From a bacterium (GTDB taxonomy: Bacteria > Bacillota_I > Bacilli_A > Acholeplasmatales > Anaeroplasmataceae), in the NCBI GenBank assembly GCA_963588755.1, contig CAVAIM010000001.1, positions 1 through 42,203 on the forward strand: a DNA stretch of 42,203 bases. Reading direction: 5' to 3'. Position numbers and translations under genes: made by a program. This document shows, piece by piece, positions 16,865 through 25,932 of this stretch. Each line of letters begins with the position of its first letter. Positions within the stretch are counted from its first letter, which is position 1. Below the pieces are notes generated by a model that ran no database searches, had not been told where the DNA came from, and was given only the letters and a program-made list of their open reading frames with translations.

Positions 16865-18157
16865 ATGATCAATAAGTTTAAGAAGATTTTTAGTGATCCA
16901 GAAATTATTAAACATTTAGCTTTTACTATTTTAATTTTATTTGTATTCAAAGTTTGTACATTCATTCCGGTGCCACTTATTGACATCAATGGTGTACAAA
17001 ACACTTTAAAAAATAATGACTTCTTGTCAATCCTTAACACCTTCTCAGGTGGAGGATTGTCAAGTTTCTCTATTTTATCTTTAGGTATTTCACCTTACAT
17101 TACTGCATCTATCATTGTTCAAATGCTTCAAATGGTTATTCCAGCTATGAAGGATTGGCAAGAAATGGGAGAAGTAGGTAAGACAAAATCTAATAGAGTT
17201 ACAAGATATTTAACAGTAGTAATTGCTTTAATTCAAGCATTAGCCCTATTACTTGGACTTGGTACTCGTGCCGAGAACATCTTCTGGGTTAAAGCTTTCC
17301 CAGTAAATTGGTTCTACTATCTGTATATGGCTATCGTCATTACAGCTGGTTCAGCATTTACAATGTGGTTAGCAGATCTAATCACACAACATGGTGTTGG
17401 AAACGGATCTTCTATGATCATCTGTGCTGGTATTGTTGCTTCTATACCTAGTATGTTTAATACACTTAACACAGATTACCTAGGAAGTAACTTCTCAGGT
17501 GCAAATCTTGCTAAGTTTATTGCGATTATCGTAATATATGTATTAATGATTTTAGGAATTGTTTACTTTGAATCTGCAAAGAGAAAAATTCCTGTACAAT
17601 ATGCAAATAGACAAGGTAGCGAACGTTCTGAAATTCCACTTAAACTTAATAGTTCAGGTGTTATGCCAGTTATTTTTGCTCAAACTCTATTATCAATTCC
17701 TACAACAATTGTAGGTATGATGGGTTTAAGTACATCTACTAATACAGGTGCTTATTGGATTGATCAAGTATTCACTACTACCAAACCAATAGGTATGCTA
17801 CTTTATATTTTATTGATAGTATTCTTCACTTATTTCTATTCGTTCTTAACAATAGATCCTGATAAGATGGGTGATAATCTATCAAAACAAAATGCCTTTG
17901 TTCCTGGATTCAAACCAGGCGAAGAAACAAAAACTCAAATTTCAAACGTATTATTCCGTGTTACAACAATCGGTGCTGTAGGTATTACATTAGTAGCCTT
18001 AGTTCCTATTTTTGTACAATTAGCATTTGGCACTTCTAGCTCAATTACAATTGGTGGTACTTCATTACTTATCATTGTAGGTGTAGCTGTAGAAACAGTT
18101 AACCAAATCGAAACAGAAGCGGAAAATAAAGAATCTTATCAAAAGTTTATAGACTAA
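16865..18157 (+). CDS. secY: preprotein translocase subunit SecY
   Basis: 430 aa and polytopic, with SILSLGISPYITASIIVQML, in the conserved position after rplO. Confidence 0.97.
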   Translation: MINKFKKIFSDPEIIKHLAFTILILFVFKVCTFIPVPLIDINGVQNTLKNNDFLSILNTFSGGGLSSFSILSLGISPYITASIIVQMLQMVIPAMKDWQEMGEVGKTKSNRVTRYLTVVIALIQALALLLGLGTRAENIFWVKAFPVNWFYYLYMAIVITAGSAFTMWLADLITQHGVGNGSSMIICAGIVASIPSMFNTLNTDYLGSNFSGANLAKFIAIIVIYVLMILGIVYFESAKRKIPVQYANRQGSERSEIPLKLNSSGVMPVIFAQTLLSIPTTIVGMMGLSTSTNTGAYWIDQVFTTTKPIGMLLYILLIVFFTYFYSFLTIDPDKMGDNLSKQNAFVPGFKPGEETKTQISNVLFRVTTIGAVGITLVALVPIFVQLAFGTSSSITIGGTSLLIIVGVAVETVNQIETEAENKESYQKFID

Positions 18158-18171
18158 ACAAGGATGGAAAT

Positions 18172-18816
18172 ATGAGATTATTAATTATGGGAAGACCTGG
18201 TGCTGGAAAAGGTACTCAAGCCTTCACTATTAAAAATTATTATAACATCCCACATATTTCAACAGGAGATATGTTCAGAGATGCTATTAAAAATGGTACT
18301 CAACTTGGAAATACAGCTAAGAGCTATATGGACAAGGGATTACTTGTACCAGATGAAGTTACAATTGGACTTGTTAGAGAGAGATTATCTCAAAAGGACT
18401 GTGAAAATGGTTTCTTACTAGATGGTTTCCCAAGAAATGTTTCTCAAGCTGAAGAACTTGATAAAATCTTAAATGATTTAAATGTTAAGTTAGATGCAGT
18501 TCTTGATGTAAACGTTGATCCACAAATCTTAATCAGACGTATCGTTGGTCGTCGTGTATGTAAGAATTGTGGTGCTACATTCCACATTGAATTCAACAAA
18601 CCTAAGAAAGATGGTATTTGCGATAACTGTGGATCAGCTCTTGTACAAAGAAATGATGACACAGAAGCAACAGCAGGTTCTCGTTTACAAGTATACGATG
18701 AATCAACTGCACCAGTTCTTGCTTATTATAAGAAACAAGGTTTACTTAAGACCGTTAACGGCGATCAAGCTGTTGATAAAGTTTTTGATGATATTAAGGT
18801 TGCATTGTCAAAATAA
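18172..18816 (+). CDS. adk: adenylate kinase (zinc-lid type)
   Basis: P-loop GRPGAGKGTQ and lid CKNCG...CDNCG. Confidence 0.97.
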   Translation: MRLLIMGRPGAGKGTQAFTIKNYYNIPHISTGDMFRDAIKNGTQLGNTAKSYMDKGLLVPDEVTIGLVRERLSQKDCENGFLLDGFPRNVSQAEELDKILNDLNVKLDAVLDVNVDPQILIRRIVGRRVCKNCGATFHIEFNKPKKDGICDNCGSALVQRNDDTEATAGSRLQVYDESTAPVLAYYKKQGLLKTVNGDQAVDKVFDDIKVALSK

Positions 18817-18832
18817 ATATGGTATGATAGAA

Positions 18833-18853
18833 AAAGGGAGTTTGTCTCCCTTT
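18833..18853 (+). terminator. hairpin after adk (weak terminator or processing site)
   Basis: AAAGGGAG (18833-18840) pairs with CTCCCTTT (18846-18853). The only T-run is the one inside the stem. Confidence 0.3.
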
Positions 18854-18969
18854 ATCTAGCCATATGGCAAAAAAACACAAAATGGATTCAAAAGCTATAA
18901 AAAGTAGACCAGCTATTGATCATTGAACCTTTATGGGTTTCATACATTAATTACAATATGGAGGTAATT

Positions 18970-19324
<355 letters not shown>

Positions 19325-19348
19325 TTAGAAAGAAAGAGGTAAAAAACT

Positions 19349-19720
19349 ATGGCACGTTTTGCTGGAGTAGATATTCCAAGAGATAAAAGAATTGTTGTAG
19401 CTCTTACTTATATTTATGGTATCGGTTTACACACATCACAAGAAATTTTAAAAGCTGCTAATGTATCAGAAGATACACGTACTAAGGACTTAACTGAAGA
19501 AGAAGAAGGACGTATTCGTTCTCAAATTTCTAATTACAAAGTTGAAGGTGACCTACGTAGAGAAGTAGCACTTAATATTAAGCAATTAATGGAAATTGGT
19601 TGCTACAGAGGTATTCGTCACAGAAAAGGACTTCCTGTTCGTGGACAAAATACTAGAAACAATGCAAGAACTCGTAAGGGTCCTAAGCATACAATTGCAA
19701 ATAAGAAGAAAGCAGCATAA
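19349..19720 (+). CDS. rpsM: 30S ribosomal protein S13
   Basis: [26 protein letters not shown]. Confidence 0.97.
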   Translation: MARFAGVDIPRDKRIVVALTYIYGIGLHTSQEILKAANVSEDTRTKDLTEEEEGRIRSQISNYKVEGDLRREVALNIKQLMEIGCYRGIRHRKGLPVRGQNTRNNARTRKGPKHTIANKKKAA

Positions 19721-19736
19721 GGAGGTTAAATAGGTT

Positions 19737-20114
19737 ATGGCAGTTACTAAGCGTAGAGTGAAGAAGAACATACCAGTTGGTTGTGCTCACATTCATTCAA
19801 CATTTAATAATACAATTATTTCAATTACAGACCCAGCTGGTAATGTAATTTCATGGGCTTCTGCAGGTACTTGCGGATTCAAGGGTAGCCGTAAATCTAC
19901 TCCATTCGCAGCTCAACAAGCATCTGAAGCATGTGCTAAAGCTGCAATGTTAGCAGGTGTACAAAAGGTTGAAGTAGAAGTTAAGGGACCAGGACCTGGT
20001 CGTGAATCTGCAATCAGATCATTAAGCACTGCAGGTTTAGAAGTTACTTCTATCACTGACGTAACACCAGTTCCACATAATGGTTGCCGCCCACCAAAGC
20101 GCCCACGTGGTTAA
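19737..20114 (+). CDS. rpsK: 30S ribosomal protein S11
   Basis: [28 protein letters not shown]... Confidence 0.97.
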   Translation: MAVTKRRVKKNIPVGCAHIHSTFNNTIISITDPAGNVISWASAGTCGFKGSRKSTPFAAQQASEACAKAAMLAGVQKVEVEVKGPGPGRESAIRSLSTAGLEVTSITDVTPVPHNGCRPPKRPRG

Positions 20115-20160
20115 TTGATGAATAAAAATTATTTTATAATATTTTTAGAGGAGGCTCATT

Positions 20161-21126
20161 ATGAAGGATTTAAAATTCGTTAAACCAGTTAACAGAGAAA
20201 CAAAGATTGATGTTGTAGATAATGATGTTAATCATGCAAAAATGGTAATCACTCCACTTGAAAGAGGATTTGGTATTACTATTGGTAATGCATTACGTCG
20301 TATCTTATTATCTTCAATGGCTGGTACTGCATTTGTTAATTTTAAATTAGAAGGTGCACAACACGAATTCCAAAGCGTTGATGGAATTGTTGAAGATGTA
20401 ATTACTATCATTTTAAATTTAAAGAGAGTAATTTTAAAGTCTGAATCTGATGATCCAGATTTCCAAACAACTGTTGAAATCCATCACGGTGAAGGAGAAG
20501 TTACTGCCGGTGACATTATTCATGGTAGTGAAATCGAAGTAATTAATCCTGATCAACATATCTGTACTGTTGCTAAGGGTGGATCATGCAATATGACTCT
20601 TACTGTACGTAGAGGTATTGGTTATGTTCCTGCAAGCAAGAATAAGGTATATACTGAAACAATCGGTGATGTAATCGCTATTGATTCAATTTATACACCT
20701 ATTACTAATGTTGCTGTTACTGTTGACAAGACTCGTGTAAAGAACGAAGCTAATTGCGATAAATTAACTATCGATGTTACAACAAATGGTTCAATAGAAG
20801 CAAAAGAAGCATTAGCTATTGCTGCAAAGATAATGATCGAACACTTAAATGTTGTTGTTGAATTATCTGAAACTGTTAAAGATACAGAATATATGACTTT
20901 ACCTGATAATGACCAAACTAATTCTGACTTAAATAAGCCTGTTGAAGAACTAGATTTATCAGTTCGTGCTTATCATTGTTTAAAGATTGCTCAAATTGAT
21001 ACTGTTGGTGAATTAGCTAACATGAGCGAAGAAGAAATGATGAAGGTAAGAAACCTAGGTCGTAAGTCATTAAAAGAAATCAGAGAAAAATTAGAGGGTA
21101 TGGGTTTAGGTTTTAAGAAAAACTAA
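20161..21126 (+). CDS. rpoA: DNA-directed RNA polymerase subunit alpha
   Basis: ITIGNALRRILLSS, plus the C-terminal domain LDLSVRAYHCLK...VRNLGRKSLKEI. Confidence 0.97.
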   Translation: MKDLKFVKPVNRETKIDVVDNDVNHAKMVITPLERGFGITIGNALRRILLSSMAGTAFVNFKLEGAQHEFQSVDGIVEDVITIILNLKRVILKSESDDPDFQTTVEIHHGEGEVTAGDIIHGSEIEVINPDQHICTVAKGGSCNMTLTVRRGIGYVPASKNKVYTETIGDVIAIDSIYTPITNVAVTVDKTRVKNEANCDKLTIDVTTNGSIEAKEALAIAAKIMIEHLNVVVELSETVKDTEYMTLPDNDQTNSDLNKPVEELDLSVRAYHCLKIAQIDTVGELANMSEEEMMKVRNLGRKSLKEIREKLEGMGLGFKKN

Positions 21127-21144
21127 TCCAAGGAGGAATTTAAT

Positions 21145-21504
21145 ATGGCATATTCTAAATTACGTCGTTGCGGTGCAGCTCGTAAAGCATTAATCCGTGA
21201 CTTAGTTACCGATTTAATCCTTAATGGATCAATTGAAACAACTGAAGCTAAAGCAAAAGAATTAAGAAAGTTAGCTGACAAGATGGTTACTCTAGCTAAG
21301 ACTAATACTCTAGCTAGCCGTCGTGAAGCTGCTAAGTTAGTTCGTTTTGAAAAGGATGACCAAGGTCAATACGCTATTCAAAAGTTATTTAGCGAAATTG
21401 GTCCAAAGTTTGCTGATAGAAATGGTGGATACACTAGAATCATTAAGACTAGTTTCCGTCGTGGAGATGCAGCACCTAAGGCTATCATTTCATTCGTTGA
21501 CTAA
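21145..21504 (+). CDS. rplQ: 50S ribosomal protein L17
   Basis: [20 protein letters not shown]...GGYTRIIK. Confidence 0.97.
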   Translation: MAYSKLRRCGAARKALIRDLVTDLILNGSIETTEAKAKELRKLADKMVTLAKTNTLASRREAAKLVRFEKDDQGQYAIQKLFSEIGPKFADRNGGYTRIIKTSFRRGDAAPKAIISFVD

Positions 21505-21520
21505 TTAAATGGTAATATAT

Positions 21521-21551
21521 AAAGAGGCATTTTATGGTGCCTCTTTTTTTG
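21521..21551 (+). terminator. rho-independent terminator of the alpha operon
   Basis: AAAGAGGCA (21521-21529) pairs with TGCCTCTTT (21538-21546), followed by a T-run. Confidence 0.8.
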
Positions 21552-21580
21552 TTGCTTCAAATCGTTTGATATATTATAAT
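21552..21580 (+). promoter_or_regulatory. sigma-A promoter of the inserted three-gene cassette (TTGCTT-17 nt-TATAAT)
   Basis: -35 TTGCTT at 21552-21557 and -10 TATAAT at 21575-21580. SD AAAGGAG precedes ATG 21616. Confidence 0.55.
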
Positions 21581-21615
21581 GAAATTAGGAAGTTAGATTA
21601 CAAAGGAGAAAGTTT

Positions 21616-22833
21616 ATGAGTTCAATAACTACAAAAAAGTATAAAATAGTATTGTTTCAAAGTGGTTTAGCTGAACCTAAAGGTGCATTAACTAAAATGA
21701 TTAACTTAATAAGTGAGGCTAGTAAGAATTTTTTGAAGTATCCAACAATTGTTGATATGTCGCATTTTAATCCTCAAGAAAATTGTTTTTATAGAAAAGA
21801 TAGTGGTTATTATGGTAAATCAACGAAAGCTTTAAATGAATTCAAATTGCTCATAGCCGATATTGTTTCATATGCTAAACAAAATGCTGGTAAAACAATA
21901 CTTGTAGAAACCTATTTAAATAGAGGATTTAATTTAGAGCATAACGTAGACTCTATAGATAATCAAAAGATAAAACTAGAATTTATTGTTGATGAGATTA
22001 AGAAATACCCTGGAGTCTATTTGAGTTTAGTTGGTCATAGTCAAGGTGGATTAGTCAATCTTGAGACAGCAATTGAACGCAATTTTAAAATTAATCAATT
22101 GGTTTCTATATCCACTCCATATTCACCTGTATACTTAGGTAAAAAACTAATATTTTTAGATTTTTTCTTTAAAATTGGTGGACAATCTGCATATGATATG
22201 TTTGTAGAAAAAGAGTATGTTTCATATTATAAATCTTGTGTTGAACAACTTTGCTCAAAAGATTATTACGACACCCTTAAAAATAAATGGAATAATTTAT
22301 CATTAAGACCTAAATTTACTGTTATAACAGGAACTGCAGGTCATCTTTATAATTATTCTCCAGGAATTAGTACACCTTTAGTTTATAATCCTGATACTAT
22401 CACTAAAGAGTCTTTTGATGGCTTAGTAAGGTTCTATGAACAGGCTAATATTGAACATGCTGATTTTATCCATTTAACAGACAAGAATTTATCATGCTAT
22501 TCCGAACAAAAATATGCTCAGTTAAGATGTTATTATCAAAACGGATTTATATTAACGTGTAAGAAAAAATGTTCTTTAAGTTCAGTTAGTGTTGGTAGTA
22601 CTATAATTGATGCTTTATTTGATGTTATAGATCAAGTATTAAAAGGTACAAACATAAATGAACTTGCGGAATTAAAAGTGGTTCAAGCAATTCATGCTGG
22701 ATTAAAAAGAAATAAAGATGCTTTACCTTCAGGATATGATGAATATTATAATATTTATGCAAATGATTATAATCATAACTATATAAGATATAATAAAGAA
22801 ACTATTGCATATTTATTAGCTTTACTAAATTAA
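21616..22833 (+). CDS. alpha/beta-hydrolase fold protein, lipase/esterase-like, with helical C-terminal region
   Basis: The nucleophile elbow is LVGHSQGG (Ser142, codon 22039-22041). A candidate acid is in FDGLV (Asp268) and candidate His residues are H281/H286. There is no signal peptide, and the last ~90 aa look helical. Confidence 0.7.
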   Translation: MSSITTKKYKIVLFQSGLAEPKGALTKMINLISEASKNFLKYPTIVDMSHFNPQENCFYRKDSGYYGKSTKALNEFKLLIADIVSYAKQNAGKTILVETYLNRGFNLEHNVDSIDNQKIKLEFIVDEIKKYPGVYLSLVGHSQGGLVNLETAIERNFKINQLVSISTPYSPVYLGKKLIFLDFFFKIGGQSAYDMFVEKEYVSYYKSCVEQLCSKDYYDTLKNKWNNLSLRPKFTVITGTAGHLYNYSPGISTPLVYNPDTITKESFDGLVRFYEQANIEHADFIHLTDKNLSCYSEQKYAQLRCYYQNGFILTCKKKCSLSSVSVGSTIIDALFDVIDQVLKGTNINELAELKVVQAIHAGLKRNKDALPSGYDEYYNIYANDYNHNYIRYNKETIAYLLALLN

Positions 22834-22848
22834 GTGCTTAGGTATTAT

Positions 22849-23307
22849 ATGAGAAAAATATGCTATTTCTTTTCATGCATTTGTTTTTTGTTGATTCTTT
22901 GTGGATGTCGAGAACCAAATTTAAGTAATTATCATTACGTAGGTGAAAAATGGACAGAAATTGTTGATGATACTATTTATACGATTGATTATTATAAAGA
23001 AGAAGATGATTGGGCTTATTTAACTATTACACGAGATACAGAACTTCTCATTGATGGAGAAGTAATCGATAAAATATATATGAAAGCGGGAGGGCTTTAC
23101 ACTATTGATAAAGTGCTTGCTGATAATACGAAACCGGAGTCTTCTTTTTATTTTTTAGTTTTTCCAATGCAATATTATGTAATTGGACATGATAATGTTG
23201 CAAACATATCTTTACATGCTAAAGATGAGTTCCACGGATATGTCAAAATCTCAATTGAAAGTAGTAAAATCGAACCACAGGATTTATTTTCTATGGTATT
23301 ATATTAA
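22849..23307 (+). CDS. small putative lipoprotein, function unknown
   Basis: MRKICYFFSCICFLLILCGC is a signal peptide with a lipobox-like LCGC. ATG 22849 is preferred over the track GTG 22834, which abuts the upstream stop. Confidence 0.6.
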   Translation: MRKICYFFSCICFLLILCGCREPNLSNYHYVGEKWTEIVDDTIYTIDYYKEEDDWAYLTITRDTELLIDGEVIDKIYMKAGGLYTIDKVLADNTKPESSFYFLVFPMQYYVIGHDNVANISLHAKDEFHGYVKISIESSKIEPQDLFSMVLY

Positions 23308-23336
23308 GATTATTGTAATAAAGGATATTAAAAAAT

Positions 23337-24152
23337 ATGGTTAATAGAAGAACTACTGAATACGAATATAAAATGATATCATCATTTTATGACAATTATT
23401 TGAAGCTACATAATTATTTAAATATTAAAAGAATAGTTTTAGGTATATGTTTTTCTACTAATGAAGAGAATAAAATGATCAAACAATTCCATGAGTTCTT
23501 ATTATGCATGACAATTACTTCAAAAGAAAATATTTTAAATAATCTTAAAAGATGTTCTAAATTTTCACTAGATATAGAAATGAGTGAAGAAACTTGCAAC
23601 ATGCTTGAAAAAATAATTAATGAAGAAACGATGGATGATGTTCAAAAAAGTTTAAGATTATTAGAATGCTCTATGGTTGAAAAAGATGTTAGACAAGCTT
23701 ATATCTTATTTATCTTATCAGGAATGTATTTAAACTTTTATTATAAAGATTATGTTGTAATTCCTGTTTATATGTTTACTCAATTAGAAGCTATAGTTAA
23801 AGATTACGAGATTAGATATATATTTTATAAATCATTAATAGAACAAACATTAAAGTGCCATGATAATAATCTTAAAGAGAAAATTATAAAAGTATATGAA
23901 GAAAATAAAGATAATTTTATTTCCTTTGGTATAGATAAATTATTTCTGTTTGGCTCTATAATTGATGATACATATTATGAACATAGTGATATAGATATTG
24001 TTATTAAGATGAAAGAAAATGGGAATTATTATGAAGCTAGAAAATTGTTGATAGAGTTTAATAAGGAACATTTTTCAATGGATAGTGACATAATTGAAAG
24101 CGATGATTTTATTGCTTTAAATCCTTGCGTAAAAAAGTATAAAGTGTTCTAA
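23337..24152 (+). CDS. protein with unknown ~190-aa N-terminal domain fused to a C-terminal minimal nucleotidyltransferase (MNT/Pol-beta-type) domain
   Basis: LFLFGSIIDDTYYEHSDIDIVI fits the G[GS]-x10-DxD signature (23952-23996). A third acidic cluster, DSDII, lies about 30 aa later. I recognise no motif in the N-terminal part. Confidence 0.65.
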   Translation: MVNRRTTEYEYKMISSFYDNYLKLHNYLNIKRIVLGICFSTNEENKMIKQFHEFLLCMTITSKENILNNLKRCSKFSLDIEMSEETCNMLEKIINEETMDDVQKSLRLLECSMVEKDVRQAYILFILSGMYLNFYYKDYVVIPVYMFTQLEAIVKDYEIRYIFYKSLIEQTLKCHDNNLKEKIIKVYEENKDNFISFGIDKLFLFGSIIDDTYYEHSDIDIVIKMKENGNYYEARKLLIEFNKEHFSMDSDIIESDDFIALNPCVKKYKVF

Positions 24153-24188
24153 GCATTATGTTATTTGATTTAAACTAATAATTTTAAT

Positions 24189-24215
24189 AAGGCATTTATA
24201 ATAGTGCCTTTTTTG
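24189..24215 (+). terminator. rho-independent terminator closing the cassette
   Basis: AAGGCA (24189-24194) pairs with TGCCTT (24205-24210), followed by TTTT. Confidence 0.65.
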
Positions 24216-24247
24216 AATTGTCAAATGTTTTATTATCAAGTAAAATG

Positions 24248-24256
24248 TGATACAAT
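24248..24256 (+). promoter_or_regulatory. extended -10 promoter element (TGaTACAAT) for the ecf operon
   Basis: TG at 24248-24249 and TACAAT at 24251-24256. The motif is nearly identical to the S10 promoter TGTGATAGAAT. There is no good -35. Confidence 0.4.
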
Positions 24257-24283
24257 ACTTTAAGATAAGGAGATGTGATTTAA

Positions 24284-25087
24284 GTGATAAAAGTAGAAAA
24301 TTTAGACTATAGTTATACACAAGAAGATCACGCATTAAAAGGTGTCTCATTTAATGTAAATGATGGCGAATGGCTATCTGTTATCGGACACAATGGTAGT
24401 GGAAAATCTACATTATCTAAATTACTTGTTGGACTTATGAAAGCTGATAAAGGTAAAATTATTTATGATGATGTTGAACTAAATGAAAAGACTGTCGATA
24501 AAGTTAGACAATCTATTGGTATTGTTTTCCAAAATCCAGATAATCAATTTGTTGGTGTGAATGTTAAATATGATATTGCTTTCGGACTTGAGAATAGACA
24601 AGTTGAAAGAGAAGAAATGTTAAGATTAATAGATGAATATTCAAAAAAAGTTGGTATGTATGAATATTTAGATAGACAACCAGAATCTCTTTCTGGAGGT
24701 CAAAAACAAAGAGTGGCCATTGCAGGTATATTAGCTCTTAATACTAAATACATTATTCTTGATGAAGCTACATCAATGTTAGACCCTGAAGGTGTAGAAG
24801 ATATTACTAATTTAATTAAAGAACTTAAAGATAAGTATCATAAAACTATTATTACAATAACTCATGATTTAGACCTTGCGAGTTTGTCTGATAGAGTAAT
24901 TGTAATGAAAGATGGAAATATCATAGGTGAAGGAACGCCTAAAGAAGTATTTGAAGATGAGAATATCTTACAAAGTTCTAATTTAGATATGCCATTTAAT
25001 TTAAAATTATATAAAGATGTTTTAAAGGATGAAAAGTTATCTAAAAACAAAAGGCTGGTGGATGCATTATGCAAATTAAATTTCTAA
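24284..25087 (+). CDS. ecfA1: energy-coupling factor transporter ATPase EcfA1
   Basis: Walker A GHNGSGKST, signature LSGGQKQR and Walker B ILDEATS. The start is GTG, with SD AAGGAG 11 nt upstream. Confidence 0.9.
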   Translation: MIKVENLDYSYTQEDHALKGVSFNVNDGEWLSVIGHNGSGKSTLSKLLVGLMKADKGKIIYDDVELNEKTVDKVRQSIGIVFQNPDNQFVGVNVKYDIAFGLENRQVEREEMLRLIDEYSKKVGMYEYLDRQPESLSGGQKQRVAIAGILALNTKYIILDEATSMLDPEGVEDITNLIKELKDKYHKTIITITHDLDLASLSDRVIVMKDGNIIGEGTPKEVFEDENILQSSNLDMPFNLKLYKDVLKDEKLSKNKRLVDALCKLNF

Positions 25088-25932
25088 ACACTAGTCATGA
25101 ATATCAAGGTCTTACTAAAAAAGATAATGTAGCAGCTATTAAAAATATTGATTTAACTATCGAAGAAAAGAATGAATTTGTTGCGATTGTGGGAAAGACT
25201 GGTTCAGGTAAAACTACATTAGTAGAGCACATGAATGGTTTATTACTACCTACTGATGGATTTGTAGATATTTTAGGATTTAAACTTGGAAAGAATAAAA
25301 AGAAGAATCCTAAATTAATTAATATTAGAAAAAAAGTCGGATTTGTGTTCCAATTCCCTGAATATCAATTGTTTGAAGAAACAGTATTAAAAGATATTAT
25401 GTTTGCACCAAAGAACTTTGGTTACAAAGAGGAAGAAGCTAAATCTCATGCTATTGAGGCTGCAAACTTAGTACAATTAGATCCTAAACTTTTAAATAAG
25501 TCACCATTTAATTTATCTGGTGGACAAATGAGAAAGGTTGCGATTGCAGGAATACTTGCATATAACCCTGATGTATTACTACTTGATGAACCTACAAGAG
25601 GTTTAGACCCTAAGGGAATGAAGGATGTAATGGATTTATTCTATAAGATTTATCAAAAGATGAATAAAACCATTGTATTAATTTCTCATTCTATGGATAA
25701 TGTATATCAATATGCATCAAGAGTTGTTGTAATGAATGATGGTAAGGTTGCGTATGACGGAGATAAATATACTTTATTTAAGTCAGGTATATATAAGGAA
25801 TTACATTTAGAAAAACCTCAAGTATTAAAGGCTATAGATTATCTAAATCAAGAACTAAACTTAAATCTTGATTATGATATTTATACTTTAGAAGAACTTG
25901 AAGAAAAGTTGAGGGAGGTTTGCCATGAATAG
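25069..25932 (+). CDS. ecfA2: energy-coupling factor transporter ATPase EcfA2
   Basis: GKTGSGKTT, LSGGQMRKVAIAG and LLLDEPT. It is the second ATPase of the conserved pair. Confidence 0.9.
   Translation: MQIKFLNTSHEYQGLTKKDNVAAIKNIDLTIEEKNEFVAIVGKTGSGKTTLVEHMNGLLLPTDGFVDILGFKLGKNKKKNPKLINIRKKVGFVFQFPEYQLFEETVLKDIMFAPKNFGYKEEEAKSHAIEAANLVQLDPKLLNKSPFNLSGGQMRKVAIAGILAYNPDVLLLDEPTRGLDPKGMKDVMDLFYKIYQKMNKTIVLISHSMDNVYQYASRVVVMNDGKVAYDGDKYTLFKSGIYKELHLEKPQVLKAIDYLNQELNLNLDYDIYTLEELEEKLREVCHE

Noticed and set aside
18200-18859. Alternative-frame ORFs inside adk (18200-18421 +, 18444-18662 -, 18545-18859 +)
   Set aside because: The adk frame carries the P-loop and zinc-lid motifs. The alternative frames have no motifs or SD.
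18864-18926. 20-aa [23 protein letters not shown] in the adk-infA spacer, considered as a map remnant or micro-gene
   Set aside because: It has no SD and no convincing similarity to the methionine aminopeptidase N-terminus. It is most likely a chance frame.
18923-18957. Promoter for infA (TTGAAC 18923-18928 with TACAAT 18952-18957 or ATTAAT 18946-18951)
   Set aside because: The spacing to TACAAT is 23 nt, which is too long. ATTAAT at 17 nt is a poor -10. TACAAT would also place the TSS inside the SD.
23337-23900. HEPN domain in the N-terminal part of the NTase fusion protein
   Set aside because: No Rx4-6H motif is present in aa 1-190, so a HEPN assignment cannot be supported from sequence alone.
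21505-24283. Calling the rplQ-ecfA insert a mobile element
   Set aside because: There is no integrase, transposase or recombinase, no clear terminal inverted repeats, and no exact direct repeats. The only hint is the resemblance between the two flanking terminators, which could be coincidental.
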